DNA of 64,000 bases from the NCBI GenBank assembly GCA_030390025.1, contig CM059431.1, positions 139,812,001 to 139,876,000 on the forward strand, written 5' to 3'. Positions 34,637-46,300 of this stretch are shown piece after piece. The position numbers and the translations under genes are program-made. Each line of letters starts with the position of its first letter. Within the stretch, counting starts at the first letter, position 1. The notes under the pieces are model-generated. The model was not told where the DNA came from. It saw only the letters and a list, made by a program, of their open reading frames with translations, and did no database searches. This DNA is from Squalus acanthias (taxonomy: Eukaryota).

Positions 34637-35070
34637 CTTCTTCTTAGGCAGTACCTCGGAACCGAGGATGACTTGCTTCCACATTAAAAATGAGTTCTCA
34701 GGTGACTGATGAGCCCAATGCGGGACCTACAGTCTCTGTCACAGGTGGGGCAGACGGTGGTTGAAGGGGCTGGTGGGTGGGGTGCTTGGGTTCGCGTGCG
34801 CTCCTTGCGCTGCCTGCGCTTGGCTTCCGTTTGCTCCCGGCGAAGAGATTTGAGGTGTTCGGCGCCTTCCCGGATGCTTCTCCTCCACTTTGGGCGGTCT
34901 TGGGCCAGGGATTCCCAGGTGTCGTTGGGGATGTTACACTTTTTCAAGGAGGCTTTGAGTGTGTCCTTGAAGCGTTTCCTCTGCCCACCTGGGGCTCTCT
35001 TGCCGTGCCAGAGCTCCGAGTAGAGCGCTTGTTTTGGGAGTCTCGTATCGGGCATGCGGACAATGTGACA
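34637..35070 (-). mobile_element. RTE-clade LINE 3' fragment with 10-bp TSD
   Basis: [16 protein letters not shown]...[15 protein letters not shown]...[21 protein letters not shown]; (AAG)n tail; ATGGTGGAAT at 34627-34636 and 35071-35080. Confidence 0.9.
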
Positions 35071-35459
35071 ATGGTGGAATAATGAGGTGTTAATAGTTAG
35101 CCATGGATTCCCCTTCGCAGCAGATGCCCTATAATTGGCAGCCTTTTCACGGCCACTTCCTTCTGAAGTAACGAGCCCCGGTCTTGCCTGACAGGTGCCC
35201 AATGGGACTCTGAACCTCCTTACCCAATGCAGGGGAGAGGCGCCTTAACAATGGCTCGGCGTCAATCTCCAGTAAAATTAATCCACGGCTGAGAACTTCC
35301 CGTCAAGTGGAGGCGATCCCTCACCAGCAATTCGTAGGAACCTGTCAACAGAATCAAATTAATAAATCACCAACAATGGAAGCAGGGAACGCCCCACTCA
35401 GCAACGGCACTGATGAAAGAAGAAAGAAGAATGAATGAAAATCAGACAGACAGAGATAT

Positions 35460-35900
35460 TTCCGACATACAGCGCATTTCACCACCTCAGCGCTTTACAG
35501 CCAATTAAGTACTTTTTGAAGTGTGTTCAATGCTACAATGTAGGAAACGTTACAGCCACTTTGTGCACAGCAAGGTCCAACAAACAGCAATGAGATGAAT
35601 AACCAGATCATCCGTTTTTAGGATGTCAGGGGATAAATATTGGCCAGGACACCGGGGAGAACTCCTCTAATTTTCTTTGAAATAGTGGCATTTTTTACTT
35701 CCACCCGAGAGAGCAGACGGGGCCTCGCTTTAGCACTTAATTTTAAGTTCTTTCCAAAAGACGGCACCTCCGACAGTGCGCCGCTCCCTCAGCACTGCAC
35801 TGAAGTGTCAGCCTAGAATTATGTGTTCAAGTTTCTGGAGCAGGACTTTAACCCAAGGTTCTGTGTCAAGATTGCTATCAACTGAGGCACAACTGACATG
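35460..35900 (-). mobile_element. Deu-domain SINE (SacSINE/AmnSINE-like)
   Basis: gggataaatattggccaggacaccggggagaactcc core; more decayed copies at about 22190-22690 and 38350-38500. Confidence 0.65.
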
Positions 35901-36239
35901 CTTAACTGCCAACTTATTAGGTGCATCTTTTCAATGTTTGGAAGCAAATTCAATAGTAACTTTTAAAATGGAAAAACTTGCAATGCCAAAGGGCAGCTAA
36001 ATGGACAAAGACACGATGGGCGAAATGGCATCTTTCTGTTCTGTACTGTTCTCTGATTCTATGATTAAGGTGTAACTGAGTTCAGTGAGTGAAACATAAA
36101 GATCCAAACAGAGGGATACTGATAAAGGTGTGACTGAGTACAGTGAGTGATACACTGAGTTACCAGCAGAGGGCGATAGATAAATGTGTGTCTCAGTAAT
36201 ACAGAGCGAGGCACCAAAATAATTACATAGAATGACATA

Positions 36240-37890
36240 ACAACAAAAATCGCTGGAAAAAACTCAGCAGGCGAGGCAGCATCCGTGGAGAGAGTTAACG
36301 TTTGAGGTCGAAGACCTTTCATCAGAACTGGAAAAAAGCAGGAAATGAATCGATTTAAAGCAACTATAAAGCTGGGAAATTGGGGAGGGGATGAAATAAC
36401 AAAAGGAGAGATAAAGAGACATTGAGAGACATTAAGAGATAATCAAGGCAAGAGGAGGTGTTGATGTAACAGGTTGAGGCTAAATGAAGTGTGAAATGCA
36501 CTAGCAGAATGGACAGCTGCCAGCTTCTGGGAGGAAAAAAAAAAGGGGGGCCAAACAAAAGGGTGGTTAAAAAATAAAATATAAATGTGATAGGGGCCGA
36601 GGTTATGATCAAAAATTGTTGAACACGATGTTGAGTCCAGAGGGCTGTAGCGTGCCTAAATGAAAGCTGAGGTGCTGTTCATCGAGCTTGCGCTGCGCTT
36701 CCATGGAACAATGTAATAGGCCGATGACGGTGAGGTGAGAGTGGGAGTGGAGCGGAGCATTAAAGTGACAGGCCACCAGAAGCTCGGGGTCCCCCTTATG
36801 GACTGAACTGAGGTGTTCTGCAAAGCGGTCACCCAATCTGCGTTTGGTCTCCCCAATGAAGAGGAGACCACATCGTGAGCAGCGAATACAGTATACTAAA
36901 TTGCAGGAAGTCCAAGTAAATCGCTGTTTCACCTGGAAGGGGTGTTTGGGGCCCTGGACAGTGGGAAGAGGGGAGGTATAAGGGCATGTGTTGCATCTCC
37001 TACGCTTGCGCGGGAAGCTGCCGGGCGAAGAGGAAGGGGTGCTGGGGGTGGTAGAGAAATGGACTAGGGTGTCGCGGAGGGAGCGGTCCCTGTGGAATGC
37101 TGAAAGGGGAGGTGAGGGTAAGATACGTTTGGTGGTGGGATCACGCTGGAGGTGGCGGAAATGGCGGAGGATGATCCGTTGAATGTGAAGGCTGGTGGGG
37201 TGAAAGGTGAGGACAAGGGGAACTCTATCGTGGTTCCGGGAGGGAGGGGCAGGGGTAAGGGCAGAATTGCGGGAGATAGAATGGACACGGTCGAGGGCCC
37301 TTTCGACCACAGTAGAGGGGAATCCACGTTTGAAGAAAAAGGAAGACATGTCGGAAGCACTGGTATGGAAGGTGGCATCGTCAGTGCAGATGCGGCGGAG
37401 GCGGAGAAACTGGGAGAATGGAATAGAGTCGTTACAGGAGGCGGGGTGGGAGAAAGTATAGTCCAGGTAGCTGTGGGAGTCAGTGGGCTTGTAGTGAATG
37501 TTAGTCAATAACCTATCCCCAGAGATGGAGAAGGAGAAGTCGAGGAAAGGAAGGAAAGAGTCGGAGATAGACCATGTGAAGGTGAGTGAAGGGTGGAAAT
37601 TGGAAGCATAGTGAATGAAATGTTCTAGTTCAGGGCGAGAGCAGGAGACGGCACCGATACAGTCATCAATGTAATGGAAAAAGACGTGAGGGAGGGGACC
37701 AGAGTAGGACTGGAACAAAGAGTGTTCCACATATCCCATGAAAAGGCAGGCGTAGCTAGGACCCATGCGGGTCCCCATAGCAACACCTTTAATTTGGAGG
37801 AAATGTGTGGAGTCAAAGGAGAATTTGTTCAATGTGAGAACAAGTTCAGCCAGGCGGAGGAGGGTGGTGTTGGATGGGGACTGGCTGGGC
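36240..37890 (-). mobile_element. 5'-truncated Penelope-like element (RT C-terminus plus GIY-YIG endonuclease, ORF 36609-37832)
   Basis: QIKGVAMGTRMGPSYA, YIDD, FLD, HYKPTDSHSYL; YCIRCSRCGLLFIGETKRRLGDRFAEH. Confidence 0.92.
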
Positions 37891-38467
37891 GTCTGTGTTT
37901 ATTATTCATTCACGGGACGTGGGCGTCGCTGGCATGGCCAGACTTTATTGCCCATCCCTAATTGCCCTTAACTGGGTGGCTTGCTAGACCATTTCAGAGG
38001 GCAGTTCATTCACTGAGATAATAACTGAAGCCTTACATTCTTGTTAAGAAAGACTTGAGAAATTGGGAATCTTTTCACAACATCGCCCCAAAAATTAAAT
38101 TAATAATAGATCTGATAGAGATACTCACCATCCGAGCGACTTTGATCGGGTAAATCGTTCAGATATATTTCTGCTGGTTGGGGAGCTAGAATTGTAAAGC
38201 AGAAATGTAAAATCATCAGCAAAAGATGGCAAGAACATGTTCGGGGATTATTTTTGTACAGAGTGTTGTAAGGAGTACTTGAAGAATAACATGGGTGGAA
38301 GAAGAATCAGTAACATCATGATACAGGGGCGGAGAGAAGATAAAATTTTGCCGTTATATAGCACCTAGCATGGAGCCGCAAAGTGCTTAGTGGACAATGA
38401 ATTAATTTGAAATGGAGTCACTGTGACATGCAGGAAATGCGGCAGCCAATTGGTAAAGAGATTGGTC

Positions 38468-39177
38468 CCACAAGCAGCAATGAAATCAATGGCCAAATAC
38501 TGAGTGCAGGAGCGAGTTTTTGTTTTGGAGATAGTAATACCATGTCTGAGTCAGAAGGTGAAGGGTTCGAGCACGGCTCCTAAACAGATTCCGATCAGTA
38601 GTGACTGAAATATAGTCTGTACATTAAAGCTTTGCAGAAAGTCCTCAAATTGAGATATCCAGTTTACGATGAGAAAAGGTATATCCGTGTTGTAAAGGGA
38701 AGCAGAAAAATGTAAACCGCTTATCCCTAAGGGCGACTGACAGTCAGATGAAAAGTGAGGGCCAGACATGGAGAGATGATTTGTTTTGGGCCTATTCAGA
38801 AACATTCTCTTATTACCACAACCTTGCCTTTTGGCGGCGTTGTGGCTTTGTTAAGGCAACTTTTGACGATCTTTCCTCTGTTAGGAGAATCCAGAACAAG
38901 GGGGCATGACCTTAAAATTAGAGCAAGGCCGTTCAGGAGTGATGTCAGAAAACAACACGGAGATACCTGATCTTATTGTAACCTGTGTATCTCAATTTGA
39001 GGACTTTCTCCAAAGCTCTAATGTGCGGACTACATTTCGGTCTCCACACGTCGGGATCTATTGTAGAGTGGGAGTCGAACACCTCACTTCTGACTCAGAG
39101 ATGGTATTACTACCCCTAAAACAAAAACTCGCTCCTGCACTCAGTATTTGGCCATTTATCTCATTGCTGCCTGTGGC
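38468..39177. repeat. Diverged inverted duplication, arms about 38468-38693 and 38953-39177
   Basis: ggccaaatactgagtgcaggagcgagtttttgtttt and aaagtcctcaaattgagata both recur as reverse complements. Confidence 0.85.
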
Positions 39178-40885
39178 AAAGGCTAATGGATACCTGGAAC
39201 TCTCTCCCAAAAACCTATTGAAGCTGGGGGTCCATCGGAAATGTCAAAAGTCGGGTTGATAGATTTTTTTTTGGGCAAAGCAATTGAGGGTTACGGAACG
39301 AAAGCAGGTAAATGGAGTTAAGTAACCGATTAATCATGATCTCATTGATTGGCAAAACAGGATCGAGGGGCTGAATTTCCGTCTCACTTACCTATAGAGG
39401 GAGATAGAGAGACAGTTGATAGAGAGAGGGCCGGAGAGAGAGCGGGCAGACAAAGAGAAAACGTGTGACTGTCACAGAGAGAGCAGGGAGATTTAAGGGG
39501 AACAAACAAAGGAAAAAAGAGAAACAGATACCTAGGGAGAAACAGGCAGAGGGAGAGCGAAGATAGCGAAGAAGAGAGAGATAAACCAACCGAGAAAGGG
39601 AGAAAGAGAAACAGAGAGCTCTTCGCCTTTCCCTCCCCATGGTTCTCTAGAAAGTGCGGACTGTTTCTATCGTAGCATAACTGCGGCTCAAAGTGTTCGG
39701 TTAGATCACACAGAGACTCTCTTTCTATAATGGGGTTCGGCTGCATGTTACCATACAGCCAGACACAGATTTCTTCATAACCAGGTTTGGCATTTGGTCT
39801 CTGGTTTAGCAGATAGTCAACAAGGAAACATTTTGTTAAATTGATCCAGAAATATTGAGGTTGGGCTGTTGATGCCAATGGAGGATTGGATAACTTGAGG
39901 AAATGAGCAGCTGTGTCCTCTTCTCTTCACTGGGCAGATTGACCACTGGGGTTGTACCTGTACAACTGCGGTTCGGATTTTCCTATCTTGTCACATACTG
40001 TCACCGTACACAGGTTAACTTCGCAGCACTGACACTGGGATCTTCACTGAGACCACATGCATTCAGTCTGAGATCTTATGGACATTGTACCTAAAAACTT
40101 ATTCGTATCTTAACATCTGTAGCATGTCTCATTCATAGAGGTAAATTTAGATTTATTCCATACCAGTGAAGCTATGGATCAGTGATAGCACAATCGCTTC
40201 TGAACCAGAGGGTTGTGTGCTATAAGCCCGTTAGAAGCTGGTATTCATTGTCCCAACAGATATATGCCAAGGGAGATTAAACTTTAACCCTTTCACCTTA
40301 CCTCCTCACTGAGGAACCGTCTGGATTTTACCTCCCAGCCTATGTATAGAAGTGAATGATGCCTAATATTGCTCGCTGAACTATCTTATATTTCCCAGTT
40401 CCGACTGAGTATTGGTTCACCTCACCGACCCTCAATAGGATCCCCACAGGATACTGAGTGAATGAAGTAACGATTTCTTGTCAAATCTTTAAAGAAGTCA
40501 TTCAGTAAATCATCCATTGACAATGGTTTATTCACTTCAAAATCAAAATCATCATAACATAAACATTGAGTATACCAATAATTAGTAAATAAAATAGTTG
40601 TAGACAGGGTCGCCTAGCAATTTTAATAACACACAATTAATAGGCAGATAATTAACACCCAGAGATGTTGTATAATCAACTCAGTGTATCAGCGTAATTC
40701 AGCATTAGCTGGATCGCTGATGATCAAATTCTAGTTGAGATCAGTGTGTGAGATGACTGCAGATTGGTGAGATGAATTTCGGATTGACTATTTGGGTATC
40801 TGATGAATTAACAGCATTAGATCGCCAGACTGTGGAATAGATTGGAGAACTTTACCTAGGGCATTAGAGCAAAACGGGCGATAGC

Positions 40886-41372
40886 GAATCGGCGGCTCAT
40901 TGGCTCGGCCCGATTCTCTTTCCCATGGACTGTGGCTTTCACCCAATCGGCGGCTCATTGTGCGCTCGGCCCGATTCTCGTTCCCATTGACTGTTACTTT
41001 CACCGAATCGGCAGCGCATTGTGGGCTCGGCCCGATTCTCTTTCCCATGGACTGTGCCTGTCACCCAATCGGCCGCCCATTGTGCGCTCGGCCCGATTCT
41101 CTTTCCCATTGACTGTGGCTTTCACCGAATCGGCCGCGCATTGTGCGCTCGGCCCGATTCTCTTTCCCATTGACTGTGGCTTTCACCGAATCGGCCGCGC
41201 ATTGTGCGCTCGGCCCGATTCTCTTTCCCATTGATTGTTGATTTCACCGAATCGGCCGCGCATTGTGCGTTCAGCACAATTCTCTTTCCCATTGACTGTT
41301 GCTTTCCCCCAATCGGTGGTTCATTGTGCGCTCGGCCCGATTCTCTTTCCCATTGGCTGTGCCTTTCACCGA
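40886..41372 (+). repeat. 61-bp minisatellite, about 8 units
   Basis: cgattctc recurs every 61 bp from 40911 to 41338. Confidence 0.92.
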
Positions 41373-43373
41373 TGAGATATTAATCCAGGGCCTTCTCTGA
41401 ATGTTCAGGAATGATACAAAAAGAGATTGGGAGCTGCCCGGTAAAGGACACTTATCCCTCAACTTTTTGCTCGGGTGTGTAACTGGCATCAGAAATCTGC
41501 GGCCTCATAGAAACCGTTCAATTTCCATTTCAATGATTCCAAACACCAGTTTTAGAGGGGCAAGTTTTTGCCATCCATTCTCGAGCTGTGAGTGTCCCTG
41601 GTAAGGTCACAGTGAGTGCCCACCCCAATTAGCCTGAGAAGGTTCTTCTCGATCCGTTGATGTAGCTGTTTGGTACAACTGAGTGGCTCACTGGGGCACT
41701 TCAGAGGGCAGCTAACATAACAGGCAACCACATTGGTGCGGGAATGGAGTCATACACAGGCCAGGTATGTAAACCAGATTTCATTCCCAAAACTGGGCCA
41801 GAATAATGTTCACTGATATCAGTTTTTTAAATTCCACTTTCTATTAAACAGAATTCAAATTCGCAAACTGCCATCTTAAATCATGTTGTCTGCACTATTA
41901 GTACAGTCTCTGGATTACTAGACCAGTAACCTAACCACAACACTATCTTCCCTGATAGTTGAAATCTACTCCATTAACTGACCATTTAACTCATTGCAAT
42001 GTGTGGGATTTGAGTGACTGTGCCTCAAAAGTAAGTGAACGGTGTTATAAAATACAAGTATCTTTCTTCCTCCGATTACCTTGTCCTCTCACTGTGTATA
42101 TATATATTATTTTAGTGAATAGAAGTTAACACAAGCCTGACTTCTGATATTTAAATTAAACCAGAGTCTAGTCGCTCGGCCCCTCGATCTGTCAGTCTGT
42201 GGCCCACGTGATATTCAAATCGGGTCAATATAGTTGTGTGTGCTTGTTGTTCCAATCTGTTCATTGCTGATTACAATGTATTATTGGTTCCCACCCGTTG
42301 ATATTTGACATCTGTTGAATGCAGTGAAACTTCGCTATTTATTATGCTGGAGTGAGGAAAGAAAGAGTAAAACTGCATCTGGAGTGAATGTAAAATAAAA
42401 CAGACAATAATATAATATACAGGAGGTCAGTCTGTATCTGGAAAATAATTTAATTACTAAAGAGTTACATCACAACATCAACCTATCTTCTCTCCGCTTA
42501 AATGCTGCCGATACTACTTTGTATTTAGATCACTGTTGTTTTTAGGCCCAGACTGGTTCAGAATATGGGGCCGTGTCCATTTACTGCAGTGTAGTTTCCA
42601 ATGTTTCACTGAAATTTCACAAGTTGTTACTCATTGAGCGGGTGATTAAATTTGCCACTTCACCTTTATTTGACATTCTCCAGTACGTGTGTGCAGTTCA
42701 GGCTATTTAGAAATTCACCGTTCAGTGTGCAAATAACAGGAATAGCGATGGAAAAGATTCTGCACTAAATACATTGCTTCAGCAAATATTGATTCCTTAT
42801 TTTGGGGAGGCAGAAAACACTTCAAATAAAAGTCCGATTCCATGGGTGCACTATGCACAGGGATCTCCCCAATAGGATACTCTCCCTGGTTCATCCCGGA
42901 CAGTGGGCGTTGGTCCCTATCGAGCAGTGGGATCCATTCAAGCTTAACAGACACTATCCCCATCCTGAATCCACACAGGTTTGCTTCCCAGCAGGACTAC
43001 TGGGCATTGATACCGAGCGGCAACCCTGGGTAATGTTACCCACAAACTCAGGAATACTGAATCCAATTGTCAGTTTCCCACTGCAGCCCAGACTGAGCCC
43101 CACCCTGGGCCCTTCCTGTCTGTGCATTTCCCCAGTGCACCATTGGGGAACATTCAGCCCCGGATATCCTTCAGAAGCAGCGCTGTGGGGCCAGGCGGCT
43201 GAGTCTCGTGACCCTGTGGCTGGGCCTCTGACCTCACAATCGGAGATGACACGGGCACAGCTCAAATGGAAACCCTTAAAGGGGCCGATAGGATTTAAAC
43301 CCGGAGCGCGGCCGCTTAAAGGGGAGGGGCAGAAAATCGGCCCAAACTATTTATATAATGAGACCAGCAATGT

Positions 43374-46300
43374 TTATAAATTGAAATAATCAAACTCCAC
43401 TCTCAGTCTGAGTCTTGTATCCTGCAGCGACTTCAGCTGTTTCTCTCCGGTTAAACTGACCTGATTCCCCAACAGCCTGAAAAAGATTAAAGATTAAACA
43501 GGAAATAAACAGATTGAATAACAGAGTAAATAACAGGGTGGAAGTGGCATCCCCACATCGAAGCTTTGACCACACTCGATCAGCTCCGAAAAACGGGCCA
43601 CATATTCCGCATGCCCGATACGAGATTCCCAAAACAAGCGCTCTACTCGGAGCTCCGACACGGCAAGAGTGCCCCAGGTGGGTAGAGGAAACGCTTCAAG
43701 GACACACTCAAAGCATCCTTGAAAAAGTGCAACATCCCCACCGACACCAGGGAATCCCTGGCCCAAGACCGCGCAAAGTGGAGGAGAAGCATCCAAGAAA
43801 GTGCTGAACCCCTCGAGTCTCTTCGCCGGGAGCAAGCGGATGCAAAGCGCAAACAGCGGAAGGAGACCACGTTAACCCAAACACCCCACCCGCCCGCCCC
43901 TTCAACCACCGTCTGCCCCACCTGTGACAGAGACTGTAGGTCCGGCATTGGACTCATCAGTCACCTGAGAACTCATTTTTAGTGTGGAAGCAAGTCAGCC
44001 TCGTTTCCGAGGGACTGCCTAAGAAGAAGAAATAACAGAGAGACTGGGCTTAATATTTCAATAGTAATTACAGACAAATATTACCCATAAAAGTGATTAG
44101 CTCCCACTGATATTTTATCTATTACTTTAAACATTACACAAACACTCACCCAATCCGCTCCAGACTCCTGCAGGTCAGTATGAGGCGGCGGAGAGCGGGA
44201 ACAGATCGGTCTGTGAATGAGTTTGATCCCAGGTTCAAAACCGTCAGTGACCGGATTGTACTGAGAGCAGAGACGAGATCCTCAGCACAAGAATCTGTGA
44301 GACCGACACTATCCAGCCTGGGATCAGAGAGAGAGAGAGAAATAACAGGAATCAGGTTAAATCCCCAGTGGTTTTTAATAACACTATTACTGATATTACT
44401 GATAATGTGCAGCTTTTATCAATAACACACTACTGATATTAATAATGTAGTGTTTATTAATAACAGTAACTGATAATATTATAGTGTTTATTAATAAAAC
44501 TGTTAATAACAATAATGTATAATGTTTATTAATAACACTATTACGGCTACTAATAATAATGTACAGTTTCAGACATCCAGTTATTATAAACACAATCTCA
44601 CACAGTCTGGTACTTACCACAGTTTCTTTATTTTACAGTCCGGGTTCCTCAGAGCCGCAGATAACAGTTTCACTCCTGAATCTCCCAGTTTATTGTAACT
44701 CAGGTCCAGAACCGTCAGTGATCGGTTTGTAATGAGAGCGGAGGCGAGATCCTCGGCACAAGATGCTGTGAGACCGTTATTCCATAGTCTAGGATCAGAG
44801 AGAGAAATAACAGGAATCAGGGTAAATCCCAATGTTTTAATAACACCATTACCAATAATGATGTAACATTTTTATTAATAACACTGATACGAATAATAAT
44901 GTACAGTGTCATACATCCAGTTATTATAAACACAATCTCTCACAGTCTGGTACTTACTCCAGTTCCTGTATTTTACAGTCCGGGTTCCTCAGAGCTGCAG
45001 ACAGTAGTTTCACTCCTGAATCTCCCAGTTTATTATAACCTATGTTCAGAACAGTCAGTGACCGGTTTGTACTGAGAGCGGAGGCGAGATCCCTGGCACA
45101 AGAATCTGTGAGACCGACATCAGCCAACCTGAGATCAGAGAGAGAGAAATAACAGGAATCAGGTTATCATTAATAACACTATAACAGATACTAATAATAA
45201 TGTGCAGTCATACATACAGTTATTATAAACACAATCGCACACAGTCTGCTACTTACCACAGTTCCTGTATTATACAGTTCGGGTTCCTCAGAGCCGCAGA
45301 CAGTAGTTTCACTCCTGAATCTCCCAATTTATTTCTCCTCAGTCTAAACAAAAACAGAGAGTGAGAAACAACCTGAATCATACCATCGATCTGAAAAAAT
45401 TTCTCACTCATGGATATTACAGGAAACACTGAAAATAATTCAGCAAATTAATAAACTGGTTTTCCTGTCACTGACAATGACACTGACAATCCTGTCGCTG
45501 TCCAACTCCCCATATATTCGGGGACTTTCAGTAAATTTATTAAATAAAGTGCTGTCGATAAAATGCCTTTAAATGTCCCTCAGTCCGGTCTCATTCCCTG
45601 ATGATCAAAATTAGACTCATGGAGCTTAGTGACCGGTCACGTCATGTTTGTGGAAATTTGTCTCAATTCTGCTGCTAAAGTAAATCACGGATTTTATGGG
45701 AATGGGACGTTTTAACCGGAATTAAATGATAAAGCGGTGATTCCCTGTACTTTATACTCTGTGCATTATATTAATCTGTATAATTCCTCGGTGTGAGTTA
45801 TATTGTTAAACGGCTCTAACTGCTGCTGTAAAATCCGCCCCCAGGATTTTATGTAACAAAGAGATATTATTCTGTCCTGTTAGAAGTTTTAAATATCTCT
45901 GTACTCCGAGTTGATAGGGGAGTGGAGTCTTTAACTTTATTCCCCATTAAACTGGCTCTACATTTGTTTCAGGTGTAACTGGCCCGACAGATTTTGGGGA
46001 ATTTTCGTAAGTTCCGTCCCCGAGCGGGGCCTCACACACAGGGGGCAGATTATGGGGAATTCCTGGGTTCACTGCCCCCGGTTTACCCAGGAGCCGCCCG
46101 CTGTGTGCGAGGCCCCTCCGCTGGCCGGTGTGTGTCTGTACTCCGGGGCTCATACCCCACAACACATTAGATTGCAACCTTTTTACCGGCATATTGTTGC
46201 TCGCAAATGCCACTGAAATTTCGGCCCGGATTCCGAGCGAGGGGCCTGAATTAATGACCCTCTGACTCAGAGGCGAGAGTGCTGCCAGCTGGGGATGGGA

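Noticed and set aside
35224..35341. Exon-like segment with good acceptor and gtaagg donor on the minus strand
   Set aside because: Stops in all three frames; at most a non-coding exon, with no support.
39384..39878. 164-aa minus-strand ORF with faint lectin-like words (YFWINL, EEICVWLY)
   Set aside because: Cys/Trp pattern incomplete; the second half is translated GA-rich low complexity.
42802..43389. 195-aa plus-strand ORF
   Set aside because: No motif; lies in a probable non-autonomous repeat ending gaaaatcggccc, just downstream of the NLR stop codon.
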